Source: a virus
Taxonomy: Duplodnaviria; Heunggongvirae; Uroviricota; Caudoviricetes
Virus record (IMG/VR): IMGVR_UViG_3300028422_000873
DNA: 64,000 nt
Reading direction: 5' to 3' (one strand)
The stretch's first letter is position 1. Every line of letters starts with the position of its first letter. Below, in pieces: positions 39,399-49,335 of this stretch. Under the pieces are notes generated by a model, which worked only from the letters and a program-made list of their open reading frames with translations, had not been told where the DNA came from and did not search any database. Both the position numbers and the translations under genes were made by a program.

Positions 39399-42300
39399 TT
39401 AAAATAATAATCCATCACCTTTATAATATGATTCATTAACACTAAGATTTTCTTTAGAGCTATCAGTTATCTTATTTCTACTATCAAATTTCTTCATTAT
39501 ATTATTAAACTTCTCTATTCCTTTAACTAAATCGCTCATACCATTATTAAAAGCTTTAGCGTCTTTTTCAAAAATACTGCCAGCTGGTAAAGTACCTTGA
39601 ACACCCTCTTGTTGACGCTTTTGCATTTCACCACTCGTAGGAAAGTGTTCTGTTATCAGTCTAGTAAAACTTTGTAATGCCTCATTAGTTGCTTGACCTT
39701 GTGGTATTCCTTCAATAGCCTCTTTTACTCTCTGTAATTCTATTTTCTTTTGTTCAAGATCAGATGGATCATATAAGGCCGAACCCATGTTTCTCAATGT
39801 TGATCCTTGTTCAATTTGTTGCTGAAGTATGTTTCTTCTTTGCTCTAAACTACCTTTTGTTCTTGCAGTACCAGAATAAAACATATTAAAATTTTCTAAA
39901 CCTTCATTTATCTGACGCTTGCGAAATTCAGCATCTGAATAAGGTATAGACATCTCGTATACACCAGGAAGACCATCGGCTTTATTCATTGTATGTCCTC
40001 TAGCAGGCCCTGGTCCTAAAATTTGTTCCAGTTCTACGCCTGGTACATTACGTAAAAAAGCAGCCTGTCTAGCATATCCCTGTAGTTGTTGTGTTGTGTA
40101 TCCACCGCTAGCTTGACCAGTTGTTAAAAATTTTTGAATAGCCTGACGTTGTCCACCACCAAAGTAATCAAATCCTACAGTTTCCATAGCAGCCATACTA
40201 CGTTTGGTTTGTAGTAATTCATTGGCTCTACTTTGAACAACACCACCTTGTGCATTCATTATAGATGTAAGACCTAATCTTGTAGCAAGTTGTGCTGCTT
40301 CAGCACCACCACCTGCTAATGTTTGTGCTTGAGTTAGATCTAGTTTTTTATACGCTAATAATTCAGCATAGTTATTAGAATCAACCCATTTTAATCTTGA
40401 TGCTAGTTGTGAGTATTGCACTTGAGAATATATATCGCTATTTAATCCACCAACCATACTGTTTACACCAGCTAATGTACTTGCAGCTACACCTGCTCTC
40501 ATATTTGCTGGTAGTATAGAATCTTGAACAGCTTTCTGCATTAATGTATGTACACCCATAGATGTTTGCAACCCCATCTTAGCATCTGCACTAGCTAACT
40601 GTACCGTTGCTGCCACCATCTGACCAACATTTTTAGAATTATCCATTCCGGCTTCTACAGCTCTACGAAGTATGGTTTCTAAATCAGCGTTTGTTCCACC
40701 TACTCCTGCTAAAGCACCCATATTAGTCATATATTCTGCGCCCTGTAATACTCCGCCACGTTGCCACGCTTCTGCACTCTGTAACATATTCATGGTAAAC
40801 TGTGCTCCACCTACTCTTGTTCTAGCCATTCCAGTTAATTCAACGGCTTGTTGCGGGCTTAAGGTTTTCAATGTATCAAGAAAGGCAGCATCCATCAATC
40901 CTGTCATTACGCCACCACGTGCTCCACCAAATCCACGCGTGTTAGCTCCTGTATTACGAAGATGATCTATATATTTCTGCTGTGTTGTTAAATTTATATT
41001 ATTCATAGCCATGGTAAAATTTTTCTCTATACCATAAGCATCTAACATGGTTTTACCAGCAGTAATTTGTTGATTAATATCTAAGGACTTCATTTGATAA
41101 TCAGTGAAAGTTTTCATTCCACCATATCCCATACCAGCTATACCACCGGTTAGCATACCCATACCAGCGACAGTACCAACCGTAGAAGCTCCTGCACTAA
41201 ATGGAGCCAATGCAAGACCACCGGCAGCTAATAATCCACCAGCTGCTACTTTTCCAATATTTCCAACAGTTCCCCAACCTCTTTCACGACTTAATTGTCT
41301 TTGCTGATACTGAAACATATCACTAGCAAAATCTCTTGCTCGTTCGTCGGCAGTCAACAACTCGAACATAGATGATACATCACCACCTGCCGCAGCACCC
41401 ATCATTCCATATTGACGATTATATAAGTTTGCGATACCAGTTTGTACCACACGTTTTTGCATTGGTGCCTGAATATCTCTGAACCCGGTCCATCTAGCAT
41501 ACTCTAATCCCATGGCGCCTGCAGTTGTTAAAGCGGTAGTAGCAGCTTGTCCGATAGCTAATCCTCTCTGTAGTCTCCCCCCTCCAGAACCACCTTCTGA
41601 AGTAATAGCCTTTATTACTTCACCCAAGTCTTCTAATCTCTGTGCATGCTTTTCATAAAGAGCATTAATTTTACCTAGATTCTTAGATTGCTGTTCCTCA
41701 GCACGTTCTCTTAATCTATTAGCTTGTTCAAACTTATTTCTAGTGGACTCATATGCTTGAACATTTTCTTCTAAAGTTCCTAATCCACCTGATGCAGCCA
41801 TTGCAGCTAATTCTCGTTTACGTAGATAGCTGCCACTACTGGTTAATAATGACTCAGCGCGACGAGATCGTCCTTGCGGATCTTGTCGTAGTCGCCTTTG
41901 TTCTTTCATAACCGCTCTATCTTCAGCTATTGAGTATTCTAAAGAACTCATTTGACCAGTTAAACCACCAATTCTTTCCATTGTTTCTTCATCAGCAATT
42001 CCACCAGGAAGATCTCCTAACATAGTGCTTATCTGTTCTCTGATGTCACCAATCTGACGCTGTCTTTCACCTATTCTAGATTGTAATATATGTGTTGGTA
42101 TATGTGTTTGAGATCTGGCAGACACAAATATATTACTTTGACCTGTCATATGAGAAATACGCTCTTTTGATCTATATGAACCCGCTAGTGTCTCTATATA
42201 TCCACCGTATCGCTTCGTGGATCTTTTCATCCTATCAGCTTGAATAGCATCAATAGCTTCTTCTAATAGTAATTTATCCCCAGGATCAGAGATCGTCTCT

Positions 42301-42449
42301 AGTTTTTCATATAAGTTAATTTCAGGAATGGATAATTGACCTTGATCAACACTCCATTGACGAAGACGTTCCTCGAATTCAGTAACACTATTACCGTTTA
42401 CTCCAGGAGTACCCTTTGGTGGTTTGTTCTGTCCGCTGTTTTTTGCCAT
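39399..42449 (-). CDS. tail tape measure protein
   Basis: 1016 aa helical, Ala/Gly/Gln/Met-rich, Gly-rich hydrophobic segment; follows the G/GT chaperone pair. Confidence 0.85.
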   Translation of the reverse strand: MAKNSGQNKPPKGTPGVNGNSVTEFEERLRQWSVDQGQLSIPEINLYEKLETISDPGDKLLLEEAIDAIQADRMKRSTKRYGGYIETLAGSYRSKERISHMTGQSNIFVSARSQTHIPTHILQSRIGERQRQIGDIREQISTMLGDLPGGIADEETMERIGGLTGQMSSLEYSIAEDRAVMKEQRRLRQDPQGRSRRAESLLTSSGSYLRKRELAAMAASGGLGTLEENVQAYESTRNKFEQANRLRERAEEQQSKNLGKINALYEKHAQRLEDLGEVIKAITSEGGSGGGRLQRGLAIGQAATTALTTAGAMGLEYARWTGFRDIQAPMQKRVVQTGIANLYNRQYGMMGAAAGGDVSSMFELLTADERARDFASDMFQYQQRQLSRERGWGTVGNIGKVAAGGLLAAGGLALAPFSAGASTVGTVAGMGMLTGGIAGMGYGGMKTFTDYQMKSLDINQQITAGKTMLDAYGIEKNFTMAMNNINLTTQQKYIDHLRNTGANTRGFGGARGGVMTGLMDAAFLDTLKTLSPQQAVELTGMARTRVGGAQFTMNMLQSAEAWQRGGVLQGAEYMTNMGALAGVGGTNADLETILRRAVEAGMDNSKNVGQMVAATVQLASADAKMGLQTSMGVHTLMQKAVQDSILPANMRAGVAASTLAGVNSMVGGLNSDIYSQVQYSQLASRLKWVDSNNYAELLAYKKLDLTQAQTLAGGGAEAAQLATRLGLTSIMNAQGGVVQSRANELLQTKRSMAAMETVGFDYFGGGQRQAIQKFLTTGQASGGYTTQQLQGYARQAAFLRNVPGVELEQILGPGPARGHTMNKADGLPGVYEMSIPYSDAEFRKRQINEGLENFNMFYSGTARTKGSLEQRRNILQQQIEQGSTLRNMGSALYDPSDLEQKKIELQRVKEAIEGIPQGQATNEALQSFTRLITEHFPTSGEMQKRQQEGVQGTLPAGSIFEKDAKAFNNGMSDLVKGIEKFNNIMKKFDSRNKITDSSKENLSVNESYYKGDGLLF

Positions 42450-42457
42450 ACTCCGCC

Positions 42458-42796
42458 CTATTCAGAAAAATCAATGCTTAAGTCTTCACCGTAATCTTCA
42501 CCGTGTTCTTCTTTGCCTTCTTGTTTAGTAGTTTCAGCTTCTAACCTAAGACGTTCTAATTCTTCAAGTTCTCTAGCTTCTTCTTCAGCGGCCCAGTCAA
42601 GATTTGCTTGCATTTGCTCTTCTTCTATTCTATCAGACTCTAGATCAAGCGACTCTTCAGCTGCTTTTCTGCGCTCTGCACGATCGTAATATTCGTACAC
42701 TAATTCTTCTAGGGTATAGGCATCTAATAAAGGATCTTTTAAAGGTCGTCCATATTCTTTGGACCACCAAGATTTTAGATATAGCATTAAGTTCAT
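42458..42796 (-). CDS. tail assembly chaperone T segment (made as a G-T fusion by -1 frameshift)
   Basis: The -1 frame from the slippery site at 42886-42892 is open into this ORF. Confidence 0.8.
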   Translation of the reverse strand: MNLMLYLKSWWSKEYGRPLKDPLLDAYTLEELVYEYYDRAERRKAAEESLDLESDRIEEEQMQANLDWAAEEEARELEELERLRLEAETTKQEGKEEHGEDYGEDLSIDFSE

Positions 42797-42855
42797 ATTA
42801 GAGTTTAATTCAGCTCTAGCACGAACTTTAACTATATTATGGATTAGTTCAAATA

Positions 42856-42892
42856 CGGAGAGTTGATCTAACTCTCCGCTTGCGGGTTTCCC
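42856..42892 (-). other. programmed -1 ribosomal frameshift signal
   Basis: In-frame G GGA AAC heptamer (42892-42886), 7-nt spacer, 9-bp stem CGGAGAGTT/AACTCTCCG with 5-nt loop. Confidence 0.88.
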
Positions 42893-43254
42893 GAAAGTTC
42901 TCCAGTTTGCGCTTTAAGTTCTTCTTTCCACAATCTCTCTTGTTCCATAACTTTATCATATAAAGCTAAAACCACATCTTCATCAAGAATATCAAAGCCA
43001 CCTAAGCTTTGTTCCCACCAAGAAGGGGCATTAATAATGCGAACTTGTAGAGTTGCAAGAATGTGAGATATAGAGGATAGTAGGTTTGTTGGATTTTGTG
43101 AATCTGCTTTTAATTGAGTCTTTTTTAACTCCAATTCACGCTTATCAAACATACTTAAGATACACTTAACTTTAAATTCACCGTCATATTTTTTACCTGT
43201 GATTTCTCCAATATGATCGAATATAAAGCTTTTTTCATTTTTAGGTAAATCCAT
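42868..43254 (-). CDS. tail assembly chaperone G
   Basis: MDLPK start with GGAG SD; two genes upstream of tape measure; slippery site at its 3' end. Confidence 0.8.
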   Translation of the reverse strand: MDLPKNEKSFIFDHIGEITGKKYDGEFKVKCILSMFDKRELELKKTQLKADSQNPTNLLSSISHILATLQVRIINAPSWWEQSLGGFDILDEDVVLALYDKVMEQERLWKEELKAQTGELSGNPQAES

Positions 43255-43316
43255 AAATACTCCTGTTAGCATATACCGTATATGCTCTTATTATACCCAT
43301 ATTATTTAAAATTATT

Positions 43317-43943
43317 TTAGAAACCTAAATTTCTACGTTTAGCTGCGTATTTCTCTTCTATAGATTTTAATTTCTCTTGTAAGGCCTGTTGAGCATCTTT
43401 AGAACTAGCTCCCCAATCTTTAGGTGCCACAGGTTCCTTTTCATCTTTCCAACCAACAGCTTGCCATGTTAGAGTTATATCGCCTAATTGTTCCGCTCGT
43501 AAATTCTCTACTCTAGATGTAACCATAGCCTTATTAGTGAAGAAAAGTAAGTTATCGGTTTGCTGATCTCTTACTTCTATAGTTATATATTTTTGTTGAA
43601 GAAAATTTAATACATTTGATTGATGTAAAGAAGCTGATGGTCCTTCACCTGGTATATGCAATAAACTTAATGTGCCAGAAACTTTAACATGTTTTGGCGC
43701 TAATTCCCAAGCATTATACTCATCGATTGTTCTTACTTCTGTTACAGAGGTTTCTACATGCCATGATACACCAAAAGCAAAACCTACTAATTTACCATTT
43801 ACTTTAATTTTACATCTAGCTCCACTTGCATATTTAGCAACAGGTAGGGCAGAGAATACTCCCTTAAATTTTTCTAATACGTTAGCACCAACATTCGCTA
43901 TTGCATCACTAAAACCTGTATCTTTTAATTTATTATTAGACAT
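43317..43943 (-). CDS. tail tube protein paralog 3
   Basis: SGARCKIKVNGKLVGFAFGVSW...VSGTL aligns by eye with the other two tube genes. Confidence 0.75.
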   Translation of the reverse strand: MSNNKLKDTGFSDAIANVGANVLEKFKGVFSALPVAKYASGARCKIKVNGKLVGFAFGVSWHVETSVTEVRTIDEYNAWELAPKHVKVSGTLSLLHIPGEGPSASLHQSNVLNFLQQKYITIEVRDQQTDNLLFFTNKAMVTSRVENLRAEQLGDITLTWQAVGWKDEKEPVAPKDWGASSKDAQQALQEKLKSIEEKYAAKRRNLGF

Positions 43944-43946
43944 GTA

Positions 43947-44540
43947 TTACGCCCACTGTTGTCCTACACCAGAGAAATCTGCTCTAAATGTATCTTCATC
44001 TACGTATAATGCAGTAAACTGATAAGTCTCAGTTGCTACATTCTTTTTGCTTAATTGAAAATCTGCTCTTGTTATTCTGCAGTTGCGAATTTTAGCTACT
44101 GGAAGTATTCCACTCTGTGAGATTTTTTGGTGTACTTCTATTTCAAACCCACTAGCACCTTGAAGTTGTTTAGGATTTAAATTGTCGTAGGCTCTACCAT
44201 CTAATCCATCTTTAAAATTGAATCCACCAAGCATATCCTGTAATATGCTGCCGTGCCTCTTCCATGCCCCTATACCGTTTCCGTATTCTGATACACCATT
44301 CGGTGATCTACCGGCAATATCAGCAGTAGCATCTGCTGTATATTTTATAATAGTAAAAGAACCTGTCACCCTATAAGATAACGGTTCGACACTGCTTCCC
44401 TCATACATCCCAAGAACTTGAGGAGTTGCATGATTTACGGCAATTGAATAACTTAAATTGGTGCAAAAGGCCAATGTAACACCATTGACCCTTATTTTTG
44501 CATTTGCACCAGTTAAGAAAAAAGGCGTTTGTCCAGCCAT
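43947..44540 (-). CDS. tail tube protein paralog 2
   Basis: MAGQTPFFLTGANAKIRVNGVTLAFC...EPLSYRVTGSF. Confidence 0.8.
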   Translation of the reverse strand: MAGQTPFFLTGANAKIRVNGVTLAFCTNLSYSIAVNHATPQVLGMYEGSSVEPLSYRVTGSFTIIKYTADATADIAGRSPNGVSEYGNGIGAWKRHGSILQDMLGGFNFKDGLDGRAYDNLNPKQLQGASGFEIEVHQKISQSGILPVAKIRNCRITRADFQLSKKNVATETYQFTALYVDEDTFRADFSGVGQQWA

Positions 44541-44559
44541 CTAGTCTCCTGACTTTAGA

Positions 44560-45093
44560 TTATACTAAGTCGATATCACCAGAGCGAGAAACATCAAAGC
44601 TATCATCGTCGGCAACAATAGCATTAAATGCATATTGTTCAACGAGAACACCACGCTTATTAAGTCCGCCACCTTTTCTAGTAAAGCGACAATCAAATAA
44701 GCGAATTACTGCAGGTACATCACCTTCGTCAGTTTTTTGGAAAATTTCAAGATCCCAAGTTGCTGATGATAGTAATTTACCAGGATTTACATGATTTGCA
44801 CCTTCTCCAGCTTCACCGTGTAGGTTCCACTTTCCAATTCCGTTACCTTCTCCCGTTGGATTTACTTTATCCATATTTCTAGCAGCAGAAGTATAGCGTA
44901 TAACGCTCAATGTTCCGTCTACGAAATATGCTACAGGTTCGTTAGAGACAACCTCATAACGTCCCATGGTTTCGATAGGAATTGTAGTAACAGTTACATT
45001 GTAACTACAGTCTTGACAATAAGCTAAGGTAACATTACCAGCTTTAATTTTTGCATTCGCGCCCGTTATGAACGCAGGTTTAATTCCAGCCAT
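44560..45093 (-). CDS. tail tube protein (probable major tube)
   Basis: MAGIKPAFITGANAKIKAG...EPVAYFVDGTL; first after the sheath region, own SD. Confidence 0.8.
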   Translation of the reverse strand: MAGIKPAFITGANAKIKAGNVTLAYCQDCSYNVTVTTIPIETMGRYEVVSNEPVAYFVDGTLSVIRYTSAARNMDKVNPTGEGNGIGKWNLHGEAGEGANHVNPGKLLSSATWDLEIFQKTDEGDVPAVIRLFDCRFTRKGGGLNKRGVLVEQYAFNAIVADDDSFDVSRSGDIDLV

Positions 45094-45187
45094 TTTTTAC
45101 TCCTTGTGGTTCGGTTCCACGTACCATGAATTTTGTGCGACTATTCACACCTACATATATAATAACATACTTTCACTTAAAAATAAA

Positions 45188-45207
45188 AACCCCACTTTCG
45201 TGGGGTT
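45188..45207 (-). terminator. intrinsic terminator
   Basis: AACCCCAC-TTTC-GTGGGGTT with TTTATTTTT on the minus strand. Confidence 0.8.
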
Positions 45208-45231
45208 ATAAAGAATAAATGTCTATAAAAA

Positions 45232-46029
45232 TTATTTTTTAGCTTTTGAGTGTTTCTTAATATAAGAATCAATCTCGCGTTTAAGACGGGCGAATTCTTT
45301 TTCCATAGCTGCCTTTGCTTCTGGTGCCTCTTCTTCAATAATCCACCTACAATCCTTAAGCTCCTTAAGTTCTTTTAAAGCATACTTAATATCACGCTGG
45401 ATGTCTTCTTTAGTTCTTTCTATGGAGGGTGGTGGTATAGTTTCACTTTTCTCTTTGGGAAATAAAGACTTCTTTAGTTTGCTTTTTTCTTTGAGTTTCT
45501 TGTCTTTAGCTGCAGCAGTTTCCATTTTCTTTTCGCCATACTTTTGTCTACCGATATGTGCTGCTAGACCTGCAGGATCATAAACTCCCTTTTTATGAGC
45601 TAATTTACCTTTTAATTTTTTAAAACCAATATGTTTCTTTTCAAGTTCTTCTTCCATAGCTTTTGCTATATTATCTTTTTCTCCCCAGTTTTTTAATAAC
45701 AAGGCAGATTCTCTATAGCCGGCTTCTTCAAGTGCTTTTACAAGTTTTAGATGTGGTTTTTTCTTTTTAGTTTCAGTCTCGAAATTACCTTCTTCAGGCA
45801 CACCTTCTCTCATTGCAGTATCAATCTGTCGTTGAATATTGCTTCCCATATCGCGAATTTCTTGATTGAATTTTTGTTCTTTAGCTTTTGCTTTTTTTGC
45901 TTTATAGTCTCTTAATGAAACTACCGCTTTATTTAAAGTTTCAATTTGCTCTTCTGTAAGAGTTTCACTCTTTTGTAATTCAGCGATTGTATTTTTAAGG
46001 ATTTTTATCTTTTCTATGAATTTATCCAT
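45232..46029 (-). CDS. Lys-rich modular protein inserted between sheath and tube
   Basis: Basic; HIGFKKLKGKLAHKKGVYDPAGLAAHIGRQKYG module; repeated LxK(S/A). Confidence 0.65.
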   Translation of the reverse strand: MDKFIEKIKILKNTIAELQKSETLTEEQIETLNKAVVSLRDYKAKKAKAKEQKFNQEIRDMGSNIQRQIDTAMREGVPEEGNFETETKKKKPHLKLVKALEEAGYRESALLLKNWGEKDNIAKAMEEELEKKHIGFKKLKGKLAHKKGVYDPAGLAAHIGRQKYGEKKMETAAAKDKKLKEKSKLKKSLFPKEKSETIPPPSIERTKEDIQRDIKYALKELKELKDCRWIIEEEAPEAKAAMEKEFARLKREIDSYIKKHSKAKK

Positions 46030-46045
46030 AACTACTCCTAAGTTA

Positions 46046-46070
46046 AAAGGGTCAGATTAACTGACCCTTT
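46046..46070 (-). terminator. terminator-like hairpin after the sheath gene
   Basis: AAAGGGTCAG-ATTAA-CTGACCCTTT, perfect 10-bp stem. Confidence 0.75.
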
Positions 46071-46080
46071 ATAAAGTTTA

Positions 46081-48300
46081 TTACGCTTCGCTTATTTTTC
46101 TTGAAAGAGTGATATCTGCAAGAACAAAATCGATACCTTCGACTAACTTAGCAATAACAGAGATATTGATTGTATTACCCTCAATTTTAACAACCAGCGA
46201 TTTAAATCCATTAGGGGCATCATCAGATTGAACTGTAATACCTTGAGATAGGTATGTTGCTAAGATTGATTCACAAGTTGATTTAACCTCTGCGGCATTA
46301 ACTGTATTTTTAACACCAACATAGATTTTCTCTAATTGATCTCTAAAGTCAAATGCGAGAATATCTGCAGCATAAATAACGTTTCCACGATTCCATACCC
46401 AGTTTCCGTCTTTACCGTATGTAGTGTTATCTACAGTTACTTTAAATCCACCAGATTGTGGAGCTTCTAGGAAAGTGATTCCGTTTTTAATTGCTTGCTC
46501 ATATTGAGTTCTTGGATCAAAATCTGTTTCAATATCTACTTCAGCAGTTCTCATAGGTTGAGCTGTATGACGGATACCAGCCACATTCATATACTTGTTA
46601 GTTAATGGAGTTCCGATTGGAGATCCTGCTCTTGCTCCAGCTATATTACAAGCTAATGCCCATGGTTGGAACCACTTGATATTCCCTTGAGAATCAATAT
46701 TTCTAACATCTTGAATACATAGTTGAACACGTCCGTATGCCAAGTTATTAGCGATATCTAAGCAAGTATCACCACTTGTGTATCCAGAACTAGTAGTAGA
46801 GAAGTAACCTTTCCATGAAAGATAACCCTGTCTTTCAGATCTATTTTTAGTAGTAGCCATTTTACTTAGATGCGTCTTAACACCTTGATGTACGGCATCG
46901 ATAGTATATGTTGAACTTGAATCAGTGAGACCGTCAGCAATATCAGCCGTAGCATCTCTTGAGAACAGAGGAACAACAGCATTTAATCTGATGCCTTCAA
47001 AAGCTAATAAAGCATTTGTAACACTAGCACCTGTTGTAGCTCCAAGAGCACCAACTACAGTATTTAAGAACGTTTCTGCTTTAACTTCAGGTAAACCTGT
47101 GATAGTTTGTGACGCATCTAATTCTTGATGATAGATGACTGCTGATTCACTACAGAATTCTACAAACTCATAATAATCTTTCTTAATTCTTACAGGTTTA
47201 TTTCCAGTAACAAAATTAAGCGCTGATACAGCTGAAACAGCATCAAGAACTGAAGGAGAAAGTTGATTATACAAGGTAGAAGAAAGTGCAAACACCCAAT
47301 CTGCTTCTAGATTCAAATCATTCACTAACTCAATAAGGGTATCATAAGAGCTAATCTTATAGTCTGTATTAGCAGCATCTACTGTTAATCTTACATAATC
47401 GCTATCATGATCTACTGTCACAGAAGCCGCAGTTCCTGCGCCAATGTATTCGGCAGTAAGAACAATATTTCCACCAATTGTATCAGTTTCTGTAATAAGT
47501 TCTTTTCTCTGCTCTATAGTGATAGTTGCAGCAGATTCAATACTTGAGAATGTAATACCCGCAGCATGACCGATAGCAGCAAGGTCAACACTGGTTTCAA
47601 TCTCAAAAGATTTACCTAAACCATTTTGATGTGCTGTAGCATCTGCATCAACAGTGAATACAAGATAATCACTAGCATCAAAACTTGCTGTAACACCTGT
47701 TAAATCATTATTTAACTCAGTTAATAATGTTGCTTGATCAGTTACAGAAGCAGATAATACAGTAATTGCTTGAGTGGCACCACCATTTAATTTAACATTA
47801 AAAGCTGTATCAGGTAATGCTGCACAGGCCGCATCATTAAGAGCTACAGTACCAGTTACTACAGGAGCAACTTCCGCAGTATGAGAGACACTATAAACAA
47901 TTCTGTTTCCTTCTTCACCTGCAATTATCGATTTGATATACCCCATATTGTTAGCAAGGGTTAATGAAGCTTTAACAGAAGCATTAGTTTTATAGATATA
48001 AACCGCTTGAGCTCCATTAGGAATCGCACCATCTACTGCCGGTGAAAATAAAAAATTACAAGCATCCACAATTGGACCCGAACCATATTTAGCAATAATT
48101 TCAGGTACTTGCGCTGCTGTGTAAACATTATTCCCGATATCTTGTTCTTCACTACCAGGAATACCACGAGTTGATTCTCCAATAATACCTACCAATCCAG
48201 CAGGCCCTAATGGAAAAGCCCCACCTAAGTCAATTGTAGTCTTAGAGTAAGCACCTGGTTTGTAGATTGTGGCACCATTGAAACTTACGTTGATAGCCAT
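46081..48300 (-). CDS. tail sheath protein
   Basis: N-terminal IYKPGAYSKT, GIIGES..G, YGSGPIVDA; C-terminal QAIKNGITFL, KVTVDNTTY, FDFRDQLEKIYVG. Confidence 0.92.
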   Translation of the reverse strand: MAINVSFNGATIYKPGAYSKTTIDLGGAFPLGPAGLVGIIGESTRGIPGSEEQDIGNNVYTAAQVPEIIAKYGSGPIVDACNFLFSPAVDGAIPNGAQAVYIYKTNASVKASLTLANNMGYIKSIIAGEEGNRIVYSVSHTAEVAPVVTGTVALNDAACAALPDTAFNVKLNGGATQAITVLSASVTDQATLLTELNNDLTGVTASFDASDYLVFTVDADATAHQNGLGKSFEIETSVDLAAIGHAAGITFSSIESAATITIEQRKELITETDTIGGNIVLTAEYIGAGTAASVTVDHDSDYVRLTVDAANTDYKISSYDTLIELVNDLNLEADWVFALSSTLYNQLSPSVLDAVSAVSALNFVTGNKPVRIKKDYYEFVEFCSESAVIYHQELDASQTITGLPEVKAETFLNTVVGALGATTGASVTNALLAFEGIRLNAVVPLFSRDATADIADGLTDSSSTYTIDAVHQGVKTHLSKMATTKNRSERQGYLSWKGYFSTTSSGYTSGDTCLDIANNLAYGRVQLCIQDVRNIDSQGNIKWFQPWALACNIAGARAGSPIGTPLTNKYMNVAGIRHTAQPMRTAEVDIETDFDPRTQYEQAIKNGITFLEAPQSGGFKVTVDNTTYGKDGNWVWNRGNVIYAADILAFDFRDQLEKIYVGVKNTVNAAEVKSTCESILATYLSQGITVQSDDAPNGFKSLVVKIEGNTINISVIAKLVEGIDFVLADITLSRKISEA

Positions 48301-48391
48301 AATATTCTCCTTTACATGTTACTATGTCTTACATTCAGTATATAATTATATCAGATATTAATACCTAGTGTCTGTAAGTCATTTTTTTTTA

Positions 48392-48652
48392 TTATAGTTT
48401 AACACCATATTTTACTAATTCTGCATCGTATTTTTCAATAGATTCTTTCTTAGAAAGTCCTTTAGACTTAAAATAAGACCAAACAATCTCTTTCATGTGA
48501 TGTTTAGGTATCTTATTCTTTCTAAGATGAAACCATGAATCAAAAGAAATCTCAGCCTCAATAGGAGTAGTTTCTTTAACTTGTTCCTCGCGCTTCTTTT
48601 GCTCCATAGCTTTGATTTGTTTCTTTAAATCATTACTTTTTTTCTTTGTCAT
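48392..48652 (-). CDS. small hypothetical protein upstream of sheath
   Basis: 86 aa, GGAG SD. Confidence 0.65.
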   Translation of the reverse strand: MTKKKSNDLKKQIKAMEQKKREEQVKETTPIEAEISFDSWFHLRKNKIPKHHMKEIVWSYFKSKGLSKKESIEKYDAELVKYGVKL

Positions 48653-48663
48653 AAAATCTCCTA

Positions 48664-49335
48664 TTAGTTAGATAACACAGGTGGAACTAACTCTAAATCT
48701 TCTGTATCATTCTCTCTATCATACTGTATTTGTATATCTACATCATTTATTTCTGTGTAATCATCATCATCAAGATAATTTTGAACTGTACACTTAAATC
48801 TAATCCATCTGCTCCATATATTTTCTGCCATATATTGACTATCTTTATTATATTCTGAAGCACTAAATGTAGTCAACTGTAAACCTAAGTTTCTCATTGA
48901 TGATTTTTCTTTATATAATAAATAGTTAACTATATAATACATCCACAATACATGATCTTTTGATTTAGAAGCATGAATACCAATATCAAGCATTACACTC
49001 ATTGGATTAACTAATTCATCTGCTTCTTCTCCCATACCGAAATAATCACCAATAGACGCTTTACCCTCATCATCGGTTTCACTTGCTAAATGAATACTAA
49101 AACAAGGTACTTTCTGCGGATCGAAGGAGAAAGATTGTACAGCTGGTAAGCGCGCACCAGTAAACCAGTTCCAAATAGAATCTACGTACTCTGTACCGTA
49201 ATGATTCATTAACTCATCGGTTTCATATTGAGCAAATATACCTCTAAATATGGTTTCATTGTTTTTTAATTTAGCAATGCCATTTGCTATTGTTTTTTGA
49301 AGAACAACTTCTGGTAAAACAAAACTCATACCCAA
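48664..49335 (-). CDS. neck / tail terminator-like protein
   Basis: Position before sheath; PCFSIHLASE, LDIGIHA pattern. Confidence 0.6.
   Translation of the reverse strand: MGMSFVLPEVVLQKTIANGIAKLKNNETIFRGIFAQYETDELMNHYGTEYVDSIWNWFTGARLPAVQSFSFDPQKVPCFSIHLASETDDEGKASIGDYFGMGEEADELVNPMSVMLDIGIHASKSKDHVLWMYYIVNYLLYKEKSSMRNLGLQLTTFSASEYNKDSQYMAENIWSRWIRFKCTVQNYLDDDDYTEINDVDIQIQYDRENDTEDLELVPPVLSN

Noticed and set aside
18089-48300. Bacterial eCIS/tailocin or T6SS locus
   Set aside because: Context includes neck genes, G/GT chaperones, primase, helicase and phage-like early genes, with no bacterial housekeeping neighbourhood.
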